64,000 nt of DNA from an uncultured Methanosarcinales archaeon (GTDB lineage Archaea; Nanobdellota; Nanobdellia; Woesearchaeales; CAZOXR01), in the NCBI GenBank assembly GCA_964566535.1, contig CAZMIO010000003.1, forward strand, positions 89,153 through 153,152. The letters run 5' to 3'. The position numbers and the translations under genes were made by a program. Each line of letters opens with the position of its first letter. Positions within the stretch are counted from its first letter, which is position 1. Shown here one piece after another: positions 17,019-26,270 of this stretch. The notes below the pieces were generated by a model. It was not told where the DNA came from, did no database searches, and was given only the letters and a program-made list of their open reading frames with translations.

Positions 17019-18896
17019 ATGGATAAAACAAATTTCCTTGATATTATAAACGAGCCAAAAGACTTAAGGCTATTAAACAAAGTACAATTAAAGTACTTAG
17101 CAAACGAACTAAGGCAATACATAATTAACACAGTTTCTAAAACAGGCGGACATCTAGCACCATCTTTAGGAGTAGTAGAGCTAACAATAGCGCTACATTA
17201 CGTTTTCAACTCTCCAACTGACAGAATTGTATGGGACGTAGGTCACCAGTCTTATCCTCACAAACTTCTAACAGGCAGAAAAGACATTTTTAGCACATTA
17301 AGACAATATAAGGGAATGTCAGGCTTCCCAAAAACAGAAGAATCTGATCATGACGCATTCAATACTGGACATTCCTCAACTTCAATCTCAGCAGCGCTAG
17401 GGATAGCCAAAGCAAGAGACCTAAAAGAGGAAGATCATAAAGTCATAGCTGTAATAGGGGACGGAGCAATGACTGGCGGATTAGCCTTTGAAGGACTTAA
17501 TCATGCAGGATCTTCAAAAACAAATCTTATAGTTATCCTAAATGACAACAAGATGTCCATCTCCCCAAATGTTGGAGCTCTCTCATCATACCTAGGTAAA
17601 ATGGTTACTAATCCTAAGTACCATGAAATAAGAAAAAAACTAGAACATTCACTAAGAAGAGTTCCAAGAATTGGTTCAAAGGCAGCTGAAAAAGCAATGA
17701 ATTTAGAAGATACCTTACGAGCATTATCAAATCCAGGAATGTTGTTCAAAGAACTCGGTTTTAGCTACTTCGGCCCAATTGATGGACATAACCTTGATGA
17801 CCTAATCAAAGCACTTCACAACATAAAGCTAATAGAAGGCCCAATCCTTCTACATATACACACAAAAAAAGGAAAAGGCTACTCTCATGCAGAAAACAAT
17901 AAAACAAAGTTCCATGGAATAAGTCCTTTCAATATAGACGATGGAGAAAAGGTAAAATGCGCAAATGCTCCAACTTACACCGAAATATTCTCAAAAACAA
18001 TCGTAAAGTTAGCCCAAGAAAACGAAAAAATAACTGCAATAACAGCAGCAATGGCACCAGGAACTGGACTCGATGATTTCTCAAAACAATTCCCAGAAAG
18101 ATTCTTCGATGTAGGCATAGCAGAACAGCATGCAGTTACTTTTGCAGCAGGATTAGCAATAAACGGATTCAAACCAATCTGCGCAATCTACTCAACTTTC
18201 CTACAAAGAGCATTCGATCAAATCATACATGATGTTTGCCTACAAAAACTTCCAGTCATCTTCGCAATTGACCGTGCAGGCTTAGTTGGAGAAGACGGAC
18301 CAACACATCACGGACCATTTGACATCTCATTCCTAAGACACATTCCTAACCTAGTAATTATGGCACCAAAAGACGAAAACGAATTCCAACACATGTTAAA
18401 AACAGCAGAGCAACATAACGGCCCAGTTGCAATAAGATACCCAAGAGCTTGTGGGTTAGGAATAGAATTAGATGAAAAACTAACCTCATTACCAATGGGA
18501 AAAGCAGAGATAATTGAGGAAGGAAAAGATGTTTTAATCCTAGCAATCGGAACGTGCGTTCAAAAATCAATAGAAGCAGCAGAAGAACTAGAAAAAAACA
18601 ATATCAAACCAACAATAGTAAACGCAAGATTCGCAAAACCTCTAGACGAACAATTAATAATTAAATTAGCAAACAAAATCCCAAATATCCTAACAGTAGA
18701 AGAAAACACCCTAGAAGGCGGCTTCGGCTCATCAATATTAGAAATTCTAGAGAAGAACAACATCAAAGCAAACGTCGAAAGAATAGGGGTCCCAGATAAG
18801 TTCGTCGAAGCAGGACCAATCGACGTTTTAAAGAAAAGTATAGGCCTAACAAAAGAGAATATTGCAAAAGTTGCAACTAAATTAGTAAAAAAATGA
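17019..18896 (+). CDS. dxs: 1-deoxy-D-xylulose-5-phosphate synthase
   Basis: GGHLAPSLGVVELTIALHYVFNSPTDRIVWDVGHQSYPHKLLTGR, the TPP motif GDGAMTGGLAFEGLNHAG and ILNDN match Dxs. The start was chosen at MDKTNFLD. Confidence 0.9.
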   Translation: MDKTNFLDIINEPKDLRLLNKVQLKYLANELRQYIINTVSKTGGHLAPSLGVVELTIALHYVFNSPTDRIVWDVGHQSYPHKLLTGRKDIFSTLRQYKGMSGFPKTEESDHDAFNTGHSSTSISAALGIAKARDLKEEDHKVIAVIGDGAMTGGLAFEGLNHAGSSKTNLIVILNDNKMSISPNVGALSSYLGKMVTNPKYHEIRKKLEHSLRRVPRIGSKAAEKAMNLEDTLRALSNPGMLFKELGFSYFGPIDGHNLDDLIKALHNIKLIEGPILLHIHTKKGKGYSHAENNKTKFHGISPFNIDDGEKVKCANAPTYTEIFSKTIVKLAQENEKITAITAAMAPGTGLDDFSKQFPERFFDVGIAEQHAVTFAAGLAINGFKPICAIYSTFLQRAFDQIIHDVCLQKLPVIFAIDRAGLVGEDGPTHHGPFDISFLRHIPNLVIMAPKDENEFQHMLKTAEQHNGPVAIRYPRACGLGIELDEKLTSLPMGKAEIIEEGKDVLILAIGTCVQKSIEAAEELEKNNIKPTIVNARFAKPLDEQLIIKLANKIPNILTVEENTLEGGFGSSILEILEKNNIKANVERIGVPDKFVEAGPIDVLKKSIGLTKENIAKVATKLVKK

Positions 18897-19936
18897 TAAG
18901 AAAGCCAACCAAAGAGATTAAAATCGGTAACGTAACCATCGGCAACAATAATCCTATCGCCATCCAATCGATGACAAACACATTAACTAAGGATGTAACT
19001 GCCACAATTAACCAAATCAAAGAACTCCAAGAATTAGGCTGCGAAATAGTAAGAGTTTCTGTACCAGACCAAGAATCAGTCAACGCCTTAAAAGAAATAA
19101 AACAAAACATAAACATACCGTTAGTAGCAGATATTCATTTCGACGCAAAACTAGCAATTGAAGCAGCAAAATACGCAGACAAACTAAGAATCAATCCAGG
19201 AAACATCGGTAATGAAGAAAAAATTAAGCAAGTTATCAACGCAGCAAAAGAAAACAACATCCCAATCAGAATTGGAGTTAACCTAGGCTCATTAGAAAAA
19301 GACCTAGAAAAAGAATACGGCTTAACACCAAAAGCAATGCTAGAATCAGTTAAAAGACAAATAGCAATCTTCGAAAAAAACGATTTCCATAACATCGTAG
19401 TAGCACTAAAAACGTCAGACATCAAAAAAACAATTGAAGTCAACAGAATGTTCGCAAAAGAATACGACTACCCTATACATCTAGGAATAACAGAAGCAGG
19501 CTCTGGGTTCTCAGGCACAATAAAATCATCAATTGGAATTGGAACATTACTACAAGATGGAATCGGAGACACAATCAGAGTTTCACTATCAGCCCAACCA
19601 AACGAAGAAGTAAAAGTAGCAAAACAAATATTATCTTCATTAAAGATAAGAAAGTTCGGTGTAGAAATAACCTCTTGCCCAACCTGCGCAAGAGCAAACC
19701 TTGACGTAATCCAAACAACAAAAGAATTAGAAAAACTAACCGAAAAAAGTAAAACTCCAATCAGCATAGCAGTAATGGGCTGCGCAGTAAACGGACCAGG
19801 CGAAGCAAAAGAAGCCGATATTGGCGTAGTCGGGGGAATTGACGAATGCCTACTCTACAAAAAAGGAGAGATAATAAGAAAAATAAAAAAAGAAGATATT
19901 TCTAAAGTTTTATTGGATGAGATTGAAGGAAGATGA
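18893..19936 (+). CDS. ispG: 4-hydroxy-3-methylbut-2-enyl diphosphate synthase
   Basis: PIAIQSMTNT, VRVSVPD, LVADIHFD, LRINPGNIG, HLGITEAG and CPTC...GCAVNGPGE are collinear with bacterial GcpE. It overlaps the dxs stop. Confidence 0.9.
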   Translation: MIRKPTKEIKIGNVTIGNNNPIAIQSMTNTLTKDVTATINQIKELQELGCEIVRVSVPDQESVNALKEIKQNINIPLVADIHFDAKLAIEAAKYADKLRINPGNIGNEEKIKQVINAAKENNIPIRIGVNLGSLEKDLEKEYGLTPKAMLESVKRQIAIFEKNDFHNIVVALKTSDIKKTIEVNRMFAKEYDYPIHLGITEAGSGFSGTIKSSIGIGTLLQDGIGDTIRVSLSAQPNEEVKVAKQILSSLKIRKFGVEITSCPTCARANLDVIQTTKELEKLTEKSKTPISIAVMGCAVNGPGEAKEADIGVVGGIDECLLYKKGEIIRKIKKEDISKVLLDEIEGR

Positions 19937-20361
19937 AGGCAAGAATAATCCCAATGCCGCCGAGGGGGAGCGTAGGTGAAGATTACACTCAAGTTGGTGG
20001 TCCACCTTATTTATTATTTGAAGGCGAAGCTGAAGGATATGATATAGTTCTTGGTTATAGGATCATTCCCGGAGACTCACAGCAGGTTGCACACAGAGTC
20101 CAATCTGCAGATCTTAGATTAGAGACCGATATCAGAGCAATACCTACAGGAGACATTTCAATCGCAGCAGAATATGAAAGCGAGAGTACTGGTGATTTAG
20201 TAGAAGCAGTAATTAGGGAGTCTAGAAACTTTGCTAAATTAGGAAATGCTGACTACTATTTTGTTGATTTGACTAGTCCAGGAATTATAACTTCACCCGT
20301 GCCACCATTCCGAGGGAGACCATATGTTGTTGTTAGACCTTTATTATTTAGAGGGATATAA
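19933..20361 (+). CDS. hypothetical protein (non-host composition), translationally coupled to ispG
   Basis: An ATGA overlap joins it to the ispG stop. It is 142 aa, Gly/Pro/Arg/Asp/Glu-rich, with 2 Lys. Confidence 0.35.
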   Translation: MKARIIPMPPRGSVGEDYTQVGGPPYLLFEGEAEGYDIVLGYRIIPGDSQQVAHRVQSADLRLETDIRAIPTGDISIAAEYESESTGDLVEAVIRESRNFAKLGNADYYFVDLTSPGIITSPVPPFRGRPYVVVRPLLFRGI

Positions 20362-20424
20362 TAACTATTCCTTGTTCTTATCCTAACAACACATTTATAA
20401 ACAAATTCTTTAGATTAATTACCT

Positions 20425-21642
20425 ATGTACGAAATACTAAAACTATCATTAATCTTAATAGTAATGATAATTATTATAGCTAGAAAGCTAGACCTAATCT
20501 ACGCCATCTTATCAGGAATCATACTAACAGGATTCTTATTCAACCACTCGAGAGGATTCATACCTGACTTCACAGAAACAATAACTGACTTCAAAGTAAT
20601 CAATATCCTAATTGTCTTCTACTTCGTATTCTACCTAAGTAACCTACTCACAGACGCAGGAATCTTAAAAAAAATGCTAGCATCATTAGAAAAGTTCATC
20701 AAAGACATACGTTTCGTAATAATCTCATTACCTTTGATGATAGGTATTGTTCCAGCACCATCCGGAGCAATGCTCTCAGCACCCTTTGTCAACGAATTAG
20801 GGGACAGAGTAAAATTATCACCAACTAGAAAATTAATAATCAACTATTGGTATAGGCATGTAACAGAATACCTAAATCCAATCTATCCAGGACCAATTAT
20901 CTTAACTGCCCTATTAGGAATTACCTTCACCCAATTATTCACATTAAACATACCTATAATGTTGTTCGTAATAATCCTAGGATTCTTCATGTTTGTCATA
21001 AACATAAAATCAACCGAAAAAAACGATGAAAAACCAACAAAGAATGACCTTAAAAACATACTAAATGGAATACTTCCGATCTTCATAGCAATCCTACTAC
21101 CAATAATCTTCAAGATAAATATTTCAATATCATTAATAGTTGCAATCCTCCTAATAATTGTAGTAAACAAATTAAACATCCAAACGCTAAAGCCAGTCTT
21201 CAAAAAAGCATTCAAACCAAATATTTTAGTCTTAATATTCCTGATAATGTACTTCAAAGTTATCTTAGAAAACTCAAAAGCAGTTGAATTAGTCTCAAAT
21301 CAATTCATAACATTAGGATTCCCACCAATCTTCTTAATAATCTTACTACCTTTGGTTGTAGGTTTCATGACTGGAATGACAATAGCTTATGTTGGACTAG
21401 CCTTCCCCTTACTAATACCACTTATGCAAACTCCAACAGGACTAAATATGTCATTTGTCATGCTCGCCTATGTAGCAGGATTCGTAGGCGTATTAGCAAC
21501 ACCAACTCACTTATGTTTCTCAGTAACGAAAGAATACTTCAAGGCCCCATACACAAAACTCTACAAAAAACTATTACCTGCATTAACACTTCTACTAACA
21601 TTCGCAATAATTCTAGCTCTATTCGGTTGGAGCGGGTTCTAG
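20425..21642 (+). CDS. polytopic membrane protein / putative permease
   Basis: It is 405 aa with about 10-12 hydrophobic segments. Confidence 0.5.
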   Translation: MYEILKLSLILIVMIIIIARKLDLIYAILSGIILTGFLFNHSRGFIPDFTETITDFKVINILIVFYFVFYLSNLLTDAGILKKMLASLEKFIKDIRFVIISLPLMIGIVPAPSGAMLSAPFVNELGDRVKLSPTRKLIINYWYRHVTEYLNPIYPGPIILTALLGITFTQLFTLNIPIMLFVIILGFFMFVINIKSTEKNDEKPTKNDLKNILNGILPIFIAILLPIIFKINISISLIVAILLIIVVNKLNIQTLKPVFKKAFKPNILVLIFLIMYFKVILENSKAVELVSNQFITLGFPPIFLIILLPLVVGFMTGMTIAYVGLAFPLLIPLMQTPTGLNMSFVMLAYVAGFVGVLATPTHLCFSVTKEYFKAPYTKLYKKLLPALTLLLTFAIILALFGWSGF

Positions 21643-21709
21643 AACACCACTATAAAGTGATAACAAACCAAAAGCTTTATATACTAGTAATTGAGTCTTA
21701 CTTACTGAT

Positions 21710-22705
21710 ATGTTACAAAATCAATTTGCAGATCCAAGATATACAGGTTTAGATACTTTTCTAGCTGGCGATACATTTGCAGGCATAGAAAGCGCTTATT
21801 CTCCAGACACTGCACATCATGTTCAAAGAATGACTGCACAGTTTTACAAAGTACTGGGTCGAAATCCCGCTAAAGAAGCTGAAATTCCATCAAGAGTAGC
21901 AGCAGCTGAAGCAATTGTAGAACAATTAACAACAGATGAAGTAGTAAATTCAATTGATAAGTGGAGACAACTAATCTATAGCTGTACTGATGCACCAGAT
22001 TTTATGCCAGATGATCTTCCTTCATGGGTAACCCCTGACGAATATCCAGGAGACCTCACTTCAGGTATACTAGCTTATTTTATAAGACCTAGTGAAGCTT
22101 TAGCCGAATCTGCTCATTTAGATGAGGCATACGATATTGTTGATAAGTTACCTGACTTCATGAAACCTAGGACAGTTAGAGCAATTACAAGAGCAGGACA
22201 ATCGCCATCTACTCATCTAGTAGGAAGAAATACTTTTGGATTACCCTCAGCAAAATATGCTCATGACATTGCAGAAAATGTTTACGCAACAGAAGAGCTA
22301 GCTGAACTTACCGAAGTTTATACTCGTTTCCTTAGAAATCCAGATAATACGCAAGTTGAGAATCTAGCAAGAATAGTATTAAACCCACTCCACGCAAAAG
22401 TAGAGGCAGATTATAGGAAAACACCTTACCATTCACCAGAACATTGGCAGGGATTAAGAAATTATGCATCTGCTATGGCACAACCCGAGGGAAGAACAAA
22501 TGTTGGTTTAAATATTGCTAATAAACTTGCAAGAACTGGTTTAAAAGAATCTGGAATGCAAAGTATCATGGATTATGCCCAACAAAAACAAGTTGGTAGA
22601 GATCAACTAAGAGGGCAAGTTGCAAAGCTCTCAAGAAAATTACGTGACGGTACTACGCCACAACCACAAACCTTAGGTGATTTTAATCAATTACTAATGT
22701 CTTAA
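21710..22705 (+). CDS. hypothetical protein (non-host composition)
   Basis: It is 331 aa with about 4 percent Lys against a host-typical content well above 10 percent. No motif was recognised. Confidence 0.35.
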   Translation: MLQNQFADPRYTGLDTFLAGDTFAGIESAYSPDTAHHVQRMTAQFYKVLGRNPAKEAEIPSRVAAAEAIVEQLTTDEVVNSIDKWRQLIYSCTDAPDFMPDDLPSWVTPDEYPGDLTSGILAYFIRPSEALAESAHLDEAYDIVDKLPDFMKPRTVRAITRAGQSPSTHLVGRNTFGLPSAKYAHDIAENVYATEELAELTEVYTRFLRNPDNTQVENLARIVLNPLHAKVEADYRKTPYHSPEHWQGLRNYASAMAQPEGRTNVGLNIANKLARTGLKESGMQSIMDYAQQKQVGRDQLRGQVAKLSRKLRDGTTPQPQTLGDFNQLLMS

Positions 22706-22817
22706 ATTTCTAACATCGTGGATACCTTAAAATCTTTGAAAACTAATTCTAGCTATATTCGGTTGGAGTGGATTTTAACAACAAAATATTTATATCATCT
22801 AATCACAAAAGAAAGGT

Positions 22818-23360
22818 ATGGTACTACTAAAATCTATAACTAAACTGAATAAAGGAGAATCCGCGCCAGACTTCTCATTAGAGAACATTGATGATACAGT
22901 TACAAACCTATCTGACTTCAAAGGAAAAGCAGTTGTAATCATATTCATGTGCAATCACTGCCCCTATGTCAAACCAAAACTGCAGGAGATAGCTGATATT
23001 GATAATGACTATGAAGATGTCGTAGTCATTGGCATAAACTCAAATGACCCAACTAACTATGAAGAAGACAATTTCGAAAACATGAAAATTATAGCTAAAC
23101 AATTTGGTTATAAACATTATCTAGTTGACGAAACTCAAGAAGTAGCAAAAAGCTATGGTGCAACTTGTACTCCAGACCCTTTCATTTTTGATAAAGATCA
23201 TAAATTAGTATTTCACGGAAGAATAAATGATTCTATGGAACCAACTGACCCAATAACTGAAAAAACAATGAGAAATGTCTTAGATAAACTGTTAGCTGGA
23301 GAAGAAATCACTGAATGGTTCTTACCTAGTCTTGGTTGCAGTATTAAGTGGAAGAATTAA
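22818..23360 (+). CDS. thioredoxin-fold redoxin (AhpC/TSA or PRX-like family)
   Basis: The FMCNHCPYV CxxC-type motif follows a beta-strand (KAVVIIF), which is a Trx-fold arrangement. Confidence 0.6.
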   Translation: MVLLKSITKLNKGESAPDFSLENIDDTVTNLSDFKGKAVVIIFMCNHCPYVKPKLQEIADIDNDYEDVVVIGINSNDPTNYEEDNFENMKIIAKQFGYKHYLVDETQEVAKSYGATCTPDPFIFDKDHKLVFHGRINDSMEPTDPITEKTMRNVLDKLLAGEEITEWFLPSLGCSIKWKN

Positions 23361-23673
23361 AGTCCAACTGATCATCCTGGACATAATTAAGATTCTGTTT
23401 CAACGATATTTCCGCTTTCGTTAATTCTTTTGCAAGATATGCTAAATGTTGATTTTTCAATTTTATATGTTTAATAACAGTATTATACACAGAAGGCACA
23501 TCATGACCTTTAAACAAATATTCAATCACATTATCCTTCTTACAAAATCCTGCTTCTATCTGATTCTCATTAATTCTAATCAGAAAATATCCATGGTCCA
23601 TGTCAAATTCTTTATCAGAGTCAAACGTACATTCAATTATCTTACAATCCTCACTTAAAGTCGGTTTTGTCAT
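23344..23673 (-). CDS. hypothetical protein
   Basis: This 109-aa protein overlaps the redoxin 3' end convergently. Confidence 0.3.
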   Translation of the reverse strand: MTKPTLSEDCKIIECTFDSDKEFDMDHGYFLIRINENQIEAGFCKKDNVIEYLFKGHDVPSVYNTVIKHIKLKNQHLAYLAKELTKAEISLKQNLNYVQDDQLDFNSST

Positions 23674-23749
23674 TATATTGGTTATCTATTATCACTATAT
23701 AAATTTTAGGGTTACCTTTAAAAACTAATTCTTACTCCCTATCTACAGC

Positions 23750-24880
23750 ATGAAAACACTATCAATATTAGGCTCAACAGGATCAATAGGAACACAAACA
23801 CTAGAGTTAGTTAGAAACAATCCTAATGAATTCAAAGTCCTAGGCTTAACTGTAAACAAAAACATCGAACTTCTAAAACAACAAATAGACGAATTCAATC
23901 CAGTTTCAGTTGCAGTAATGGACGAACAAAAAGCAGACGAACTAAAAGTTGACATCCCAGTCTACAAAGGATTAGAAGGAATAAACAAAATTGCAACATT
24001 ACAAGAATCAAACACAATCATAAACTCCCTTGTAGGATCAATAGGAGTAATTCCAACAATAAAAGCAATTAAAGAAAAAAAGAACATTGCTTTAGCAAAC
24101 AAAGAAACATTAGTAACAGCAGGAGACATAGTAATGGAAGAAGTAAGAAAACATCAAGTAAACTTAATGCCAATTGATTCTGAACATTCTGCAATATTTC
24201 AATGCCTAAACGGAGAAAAAATAAACGAACTAAAAAAAATAATCATAACTTGCTCAGGCGGAGCATTCAAAAACAAAACAGAAGAAGAACTAAAAACAGT
24301 AACAGCAAAAGACGCTTTAAAACACCCTACCTGGAACATGGGTGCAAAGATAACGATTGACTCAGCAACTCTAATGAACAAAGGCTTTGAAGTTATTGAA
24401 GCACATCACTTATACAACATTCCTTACGAACAAATTGAAGTTATCATACATCCAGAGTCAATCATCCATTCATTAGTTGAATTCCAAGACACCTCAATCA
24501 TAGCACAATTAGGATACCCAGATATGAAAATACCTATCCAATACGCATTAACATATCCAAAGAGAATAAAGAACAACTTAAAATCCCTAAACCTCAACGA
24601 ATTAAAGCAATTAAACTTCAAAACCCCTAACCATCAATTATTCCCATGCCTAAATTACGCTTACGAAGCAGGAAAAACAAAAGGAACCTTACCAGCAGTA
24701 CTAAACGCAGCAAACGAAGTTGCAGTACAACAATTCTTAGAAAATAAAATATCTTTCCTAGACATCGCAAAAACAATAAAACAAGCCCTAGACTCACATA
24801 ATATAATCAAAAACCCAGACTTAGCTGAAATCTTAGAAGTTGATAAGCAAACAAGAGAAAACGCTTCACTCAAAAGCTAA
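23750..24880 (+). CDS. dxr: 1-deoxy-D-xylulose-5-phosphate reductoisomerase
   Basis: LSILGSTGSIGTQTL, LANKE(T/S)LV, DSEHSAIFQ, GSGGAF and HP.W.MG are Dxr signatures. It is about 376 aa. Confidence 0.9.
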   Translation: MKTLSILGSTGSIGTQTLELVRNNPNEFKVLGLTVNKNIELLKQQIDEFNPVSVAVMDEQKADELKVDIPVYKGLEGINKIATLQESNTIINSLVGSIGVIPTIKAIKEKKNIALANKETLVTAGDIVMEEVRKHQVNLMPIDSEHSAIFQCLNGEKINELKKIIITCSGGAFKNKTEEELKTVTAKDALKHPTWNMGAKITIDSATLMNKGFEVIEAHHLYNIPYEQIEVIIHPESIIHSLVEFQDTSIIAQLGYPDMKIPIQYALTYPKRIKNNLKSLNLNELKQLNFKTPNHQLFPCLNYAYEAGKTKGTLPAVLNAANEVAVQQFLENKISFLDIAKTIKQALDSHNIIKNPDLAEILEVDKQTRENASLKS

Positions 24881-24948
24881 TCTCCTTCTCGACCTATATT
24901 CAATAACAATTAACCTTATATATACCATAACCCCTTAATTTACTTACA

Positions 24949-25092
24949 ATGGTAGAAACATTTAAGTGCGATTGCGGCAATGTATGTACCTTAGAGGACG
25001 GAGAAGAACAGACAGAACACTTCGGAGATGGTGACATGAACAATGTAGGCATCATCTCAAAATGCAAATGTTGCAATAAGATACTAAATTAA
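24949..25092 (+). CDS. small Cys-rich (zinc-ribbon-like) protein, absent from the ORF track
   Basis: This 47-aa protein, MVETFKCDCGNVCTLEDGEEQTEHFGDGDMNNVGIISKCKCCNKILN, carries two Cys pairs (CDC and CKCC) flanking an acidic loop. Confidence 0.3.
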   Translation: MVETFKCDCGNVCTLEDGEEQTEHFGDGDMNNVGIISKCKCCNKILN

Positions 25093-25094
25093 CG

Positions 25095-25562
25095 ATGGAA
25101 GACAAGAAGCTAGTCTGTAAGGAAGACAAAGAAGGTAAACTTCACTGTACAGAACAAAAAGTACACAAATTCATAGATGATAAGCTATTAGGGATGCTAG
25201 ATGTAGTTCTACACATCCTTCTATTCATTTTAATTGTAGCTTTGTTGGTAGCAATACTATTCGAGCTAAAAACATTATTCTTCGTACACCTATTCAATGC
25301 AAGCGTAAATGTAATTATAGACCACATCTTATTCGCATTCATTTTAGTAGAGTTATTCACAATTCTTTACTCTTACCTAAAGAAACACTACATAAAAGTT
25401 GAACGTGTAGTAGAAGTAGGAATAATCTCATTAGTAAGAGACCTAATATTCCGAATCCCAGACATAGAAACAGGTAAAATCTACGCAATCGCAGTAACCT
25501 TATTAGTTTTAGGCGCAATATTCTTTGTAGAAAAGCACTTCTCAAAAGATAGGAATAATTAA
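25095..25562 (+). CDS. small 4-TM membrane protein (PsiE-like?)
   Basis: It is 155 aa with four hydrophobic helices. The family assignment is tentative. Confidence 0.4.
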   Translation: MEDKKLVCKEDKEGKLHCTEQKVHKFIDDKLLGMLDVVLHILLFILIVALLVAILFELKTLFFVHLFNASVNVIIDHILFAFILVELFTILYSYLKKHYIKVERVVEVGIISLVRDLIFRIPDIETGKIYAIAVTLLVLGAIFFVEKHFSKDRNN

Positions 25563-25634
25563 CACTAATTCTTGTTTAACCTAAGAACATTAAACCAAAA
25601 AAGTTATAACTAAATCCTCATTTCTTAACCGGAT

Positions 25635-26258
25635 ATGGCAGTCATATCTTCAGAACAATATCAAGCAAGACTTCTAGCTACCTTGGCACATTTACAAGAT
25701 TCGGATATAAAAGATCAAATAGGCCCTAAATTAGGAGGGCGGGGAGGTACAGCTTTTTATCCTATGGGTGATGTACAATTGCCTGGAGAGGATCCATTAT
25801 ACTTAGGTCTTAAATTAAGAAGTAATTCTGAAGAAGAAATCGCAAAAGAATTACAACTCTTTGAATTCTTGTACACCTTAGGCTGCCCAGTACCTTATTT
25901 AAGTGTTGTTGTAACCAATGGGGAAGATGTAGGAATATTAACAGAAGACCTTACACGTAATGGGGAACTAGACTTAACAGAGATTATCCTACCTCACTTT
26001 ATCCCTGACTCATTGGACAACTGTGCAGAACTAAGGGAACAATACGGAGGTTCTTGTATGGATATAAACCAAACAGGCATTACAGCTTATGGAAAATCTT
26101 ACTTCGTTGCTCATGAACCATACACAACAGGGATAGGAAGAGGCTGTTTTCTTGATATAGAACATTTTGAATTCCCACCAGACATAAAAGAACTAGAACA
26201 ACAAGTAAAACAAGAAGCACCAAAGTATCTCAGAGAACCATTATTATTAAGGGTATAA
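25635..26258 (+). CDS. hypothetical protein (non-host composition)
   Basis: It is 207 aa, Gly/Leu/Glu/Pro-rich with few Lys. Confidence 0.35.
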   Translation: MAVISSEQYQARLLATLAHLQDSDIKDQIGPKLGGRGGTAFYPMGDVQLPGEDPLYLGLKLRSNSEEEIAKELQLFEFLYTLGCPVPYLSVVVTNGEDVGILTEDLTRNGELDLTEIILPHFIPDSLDNCAELREQYGGSCMDINQTGITAYGKSYFVAHEPYTTGIGRGCFLDIEHFEFPPDIKELEQQVKQEAPKYLREPLLLRV

Positions 26259-26270
26259 TATTTTAGAAAA

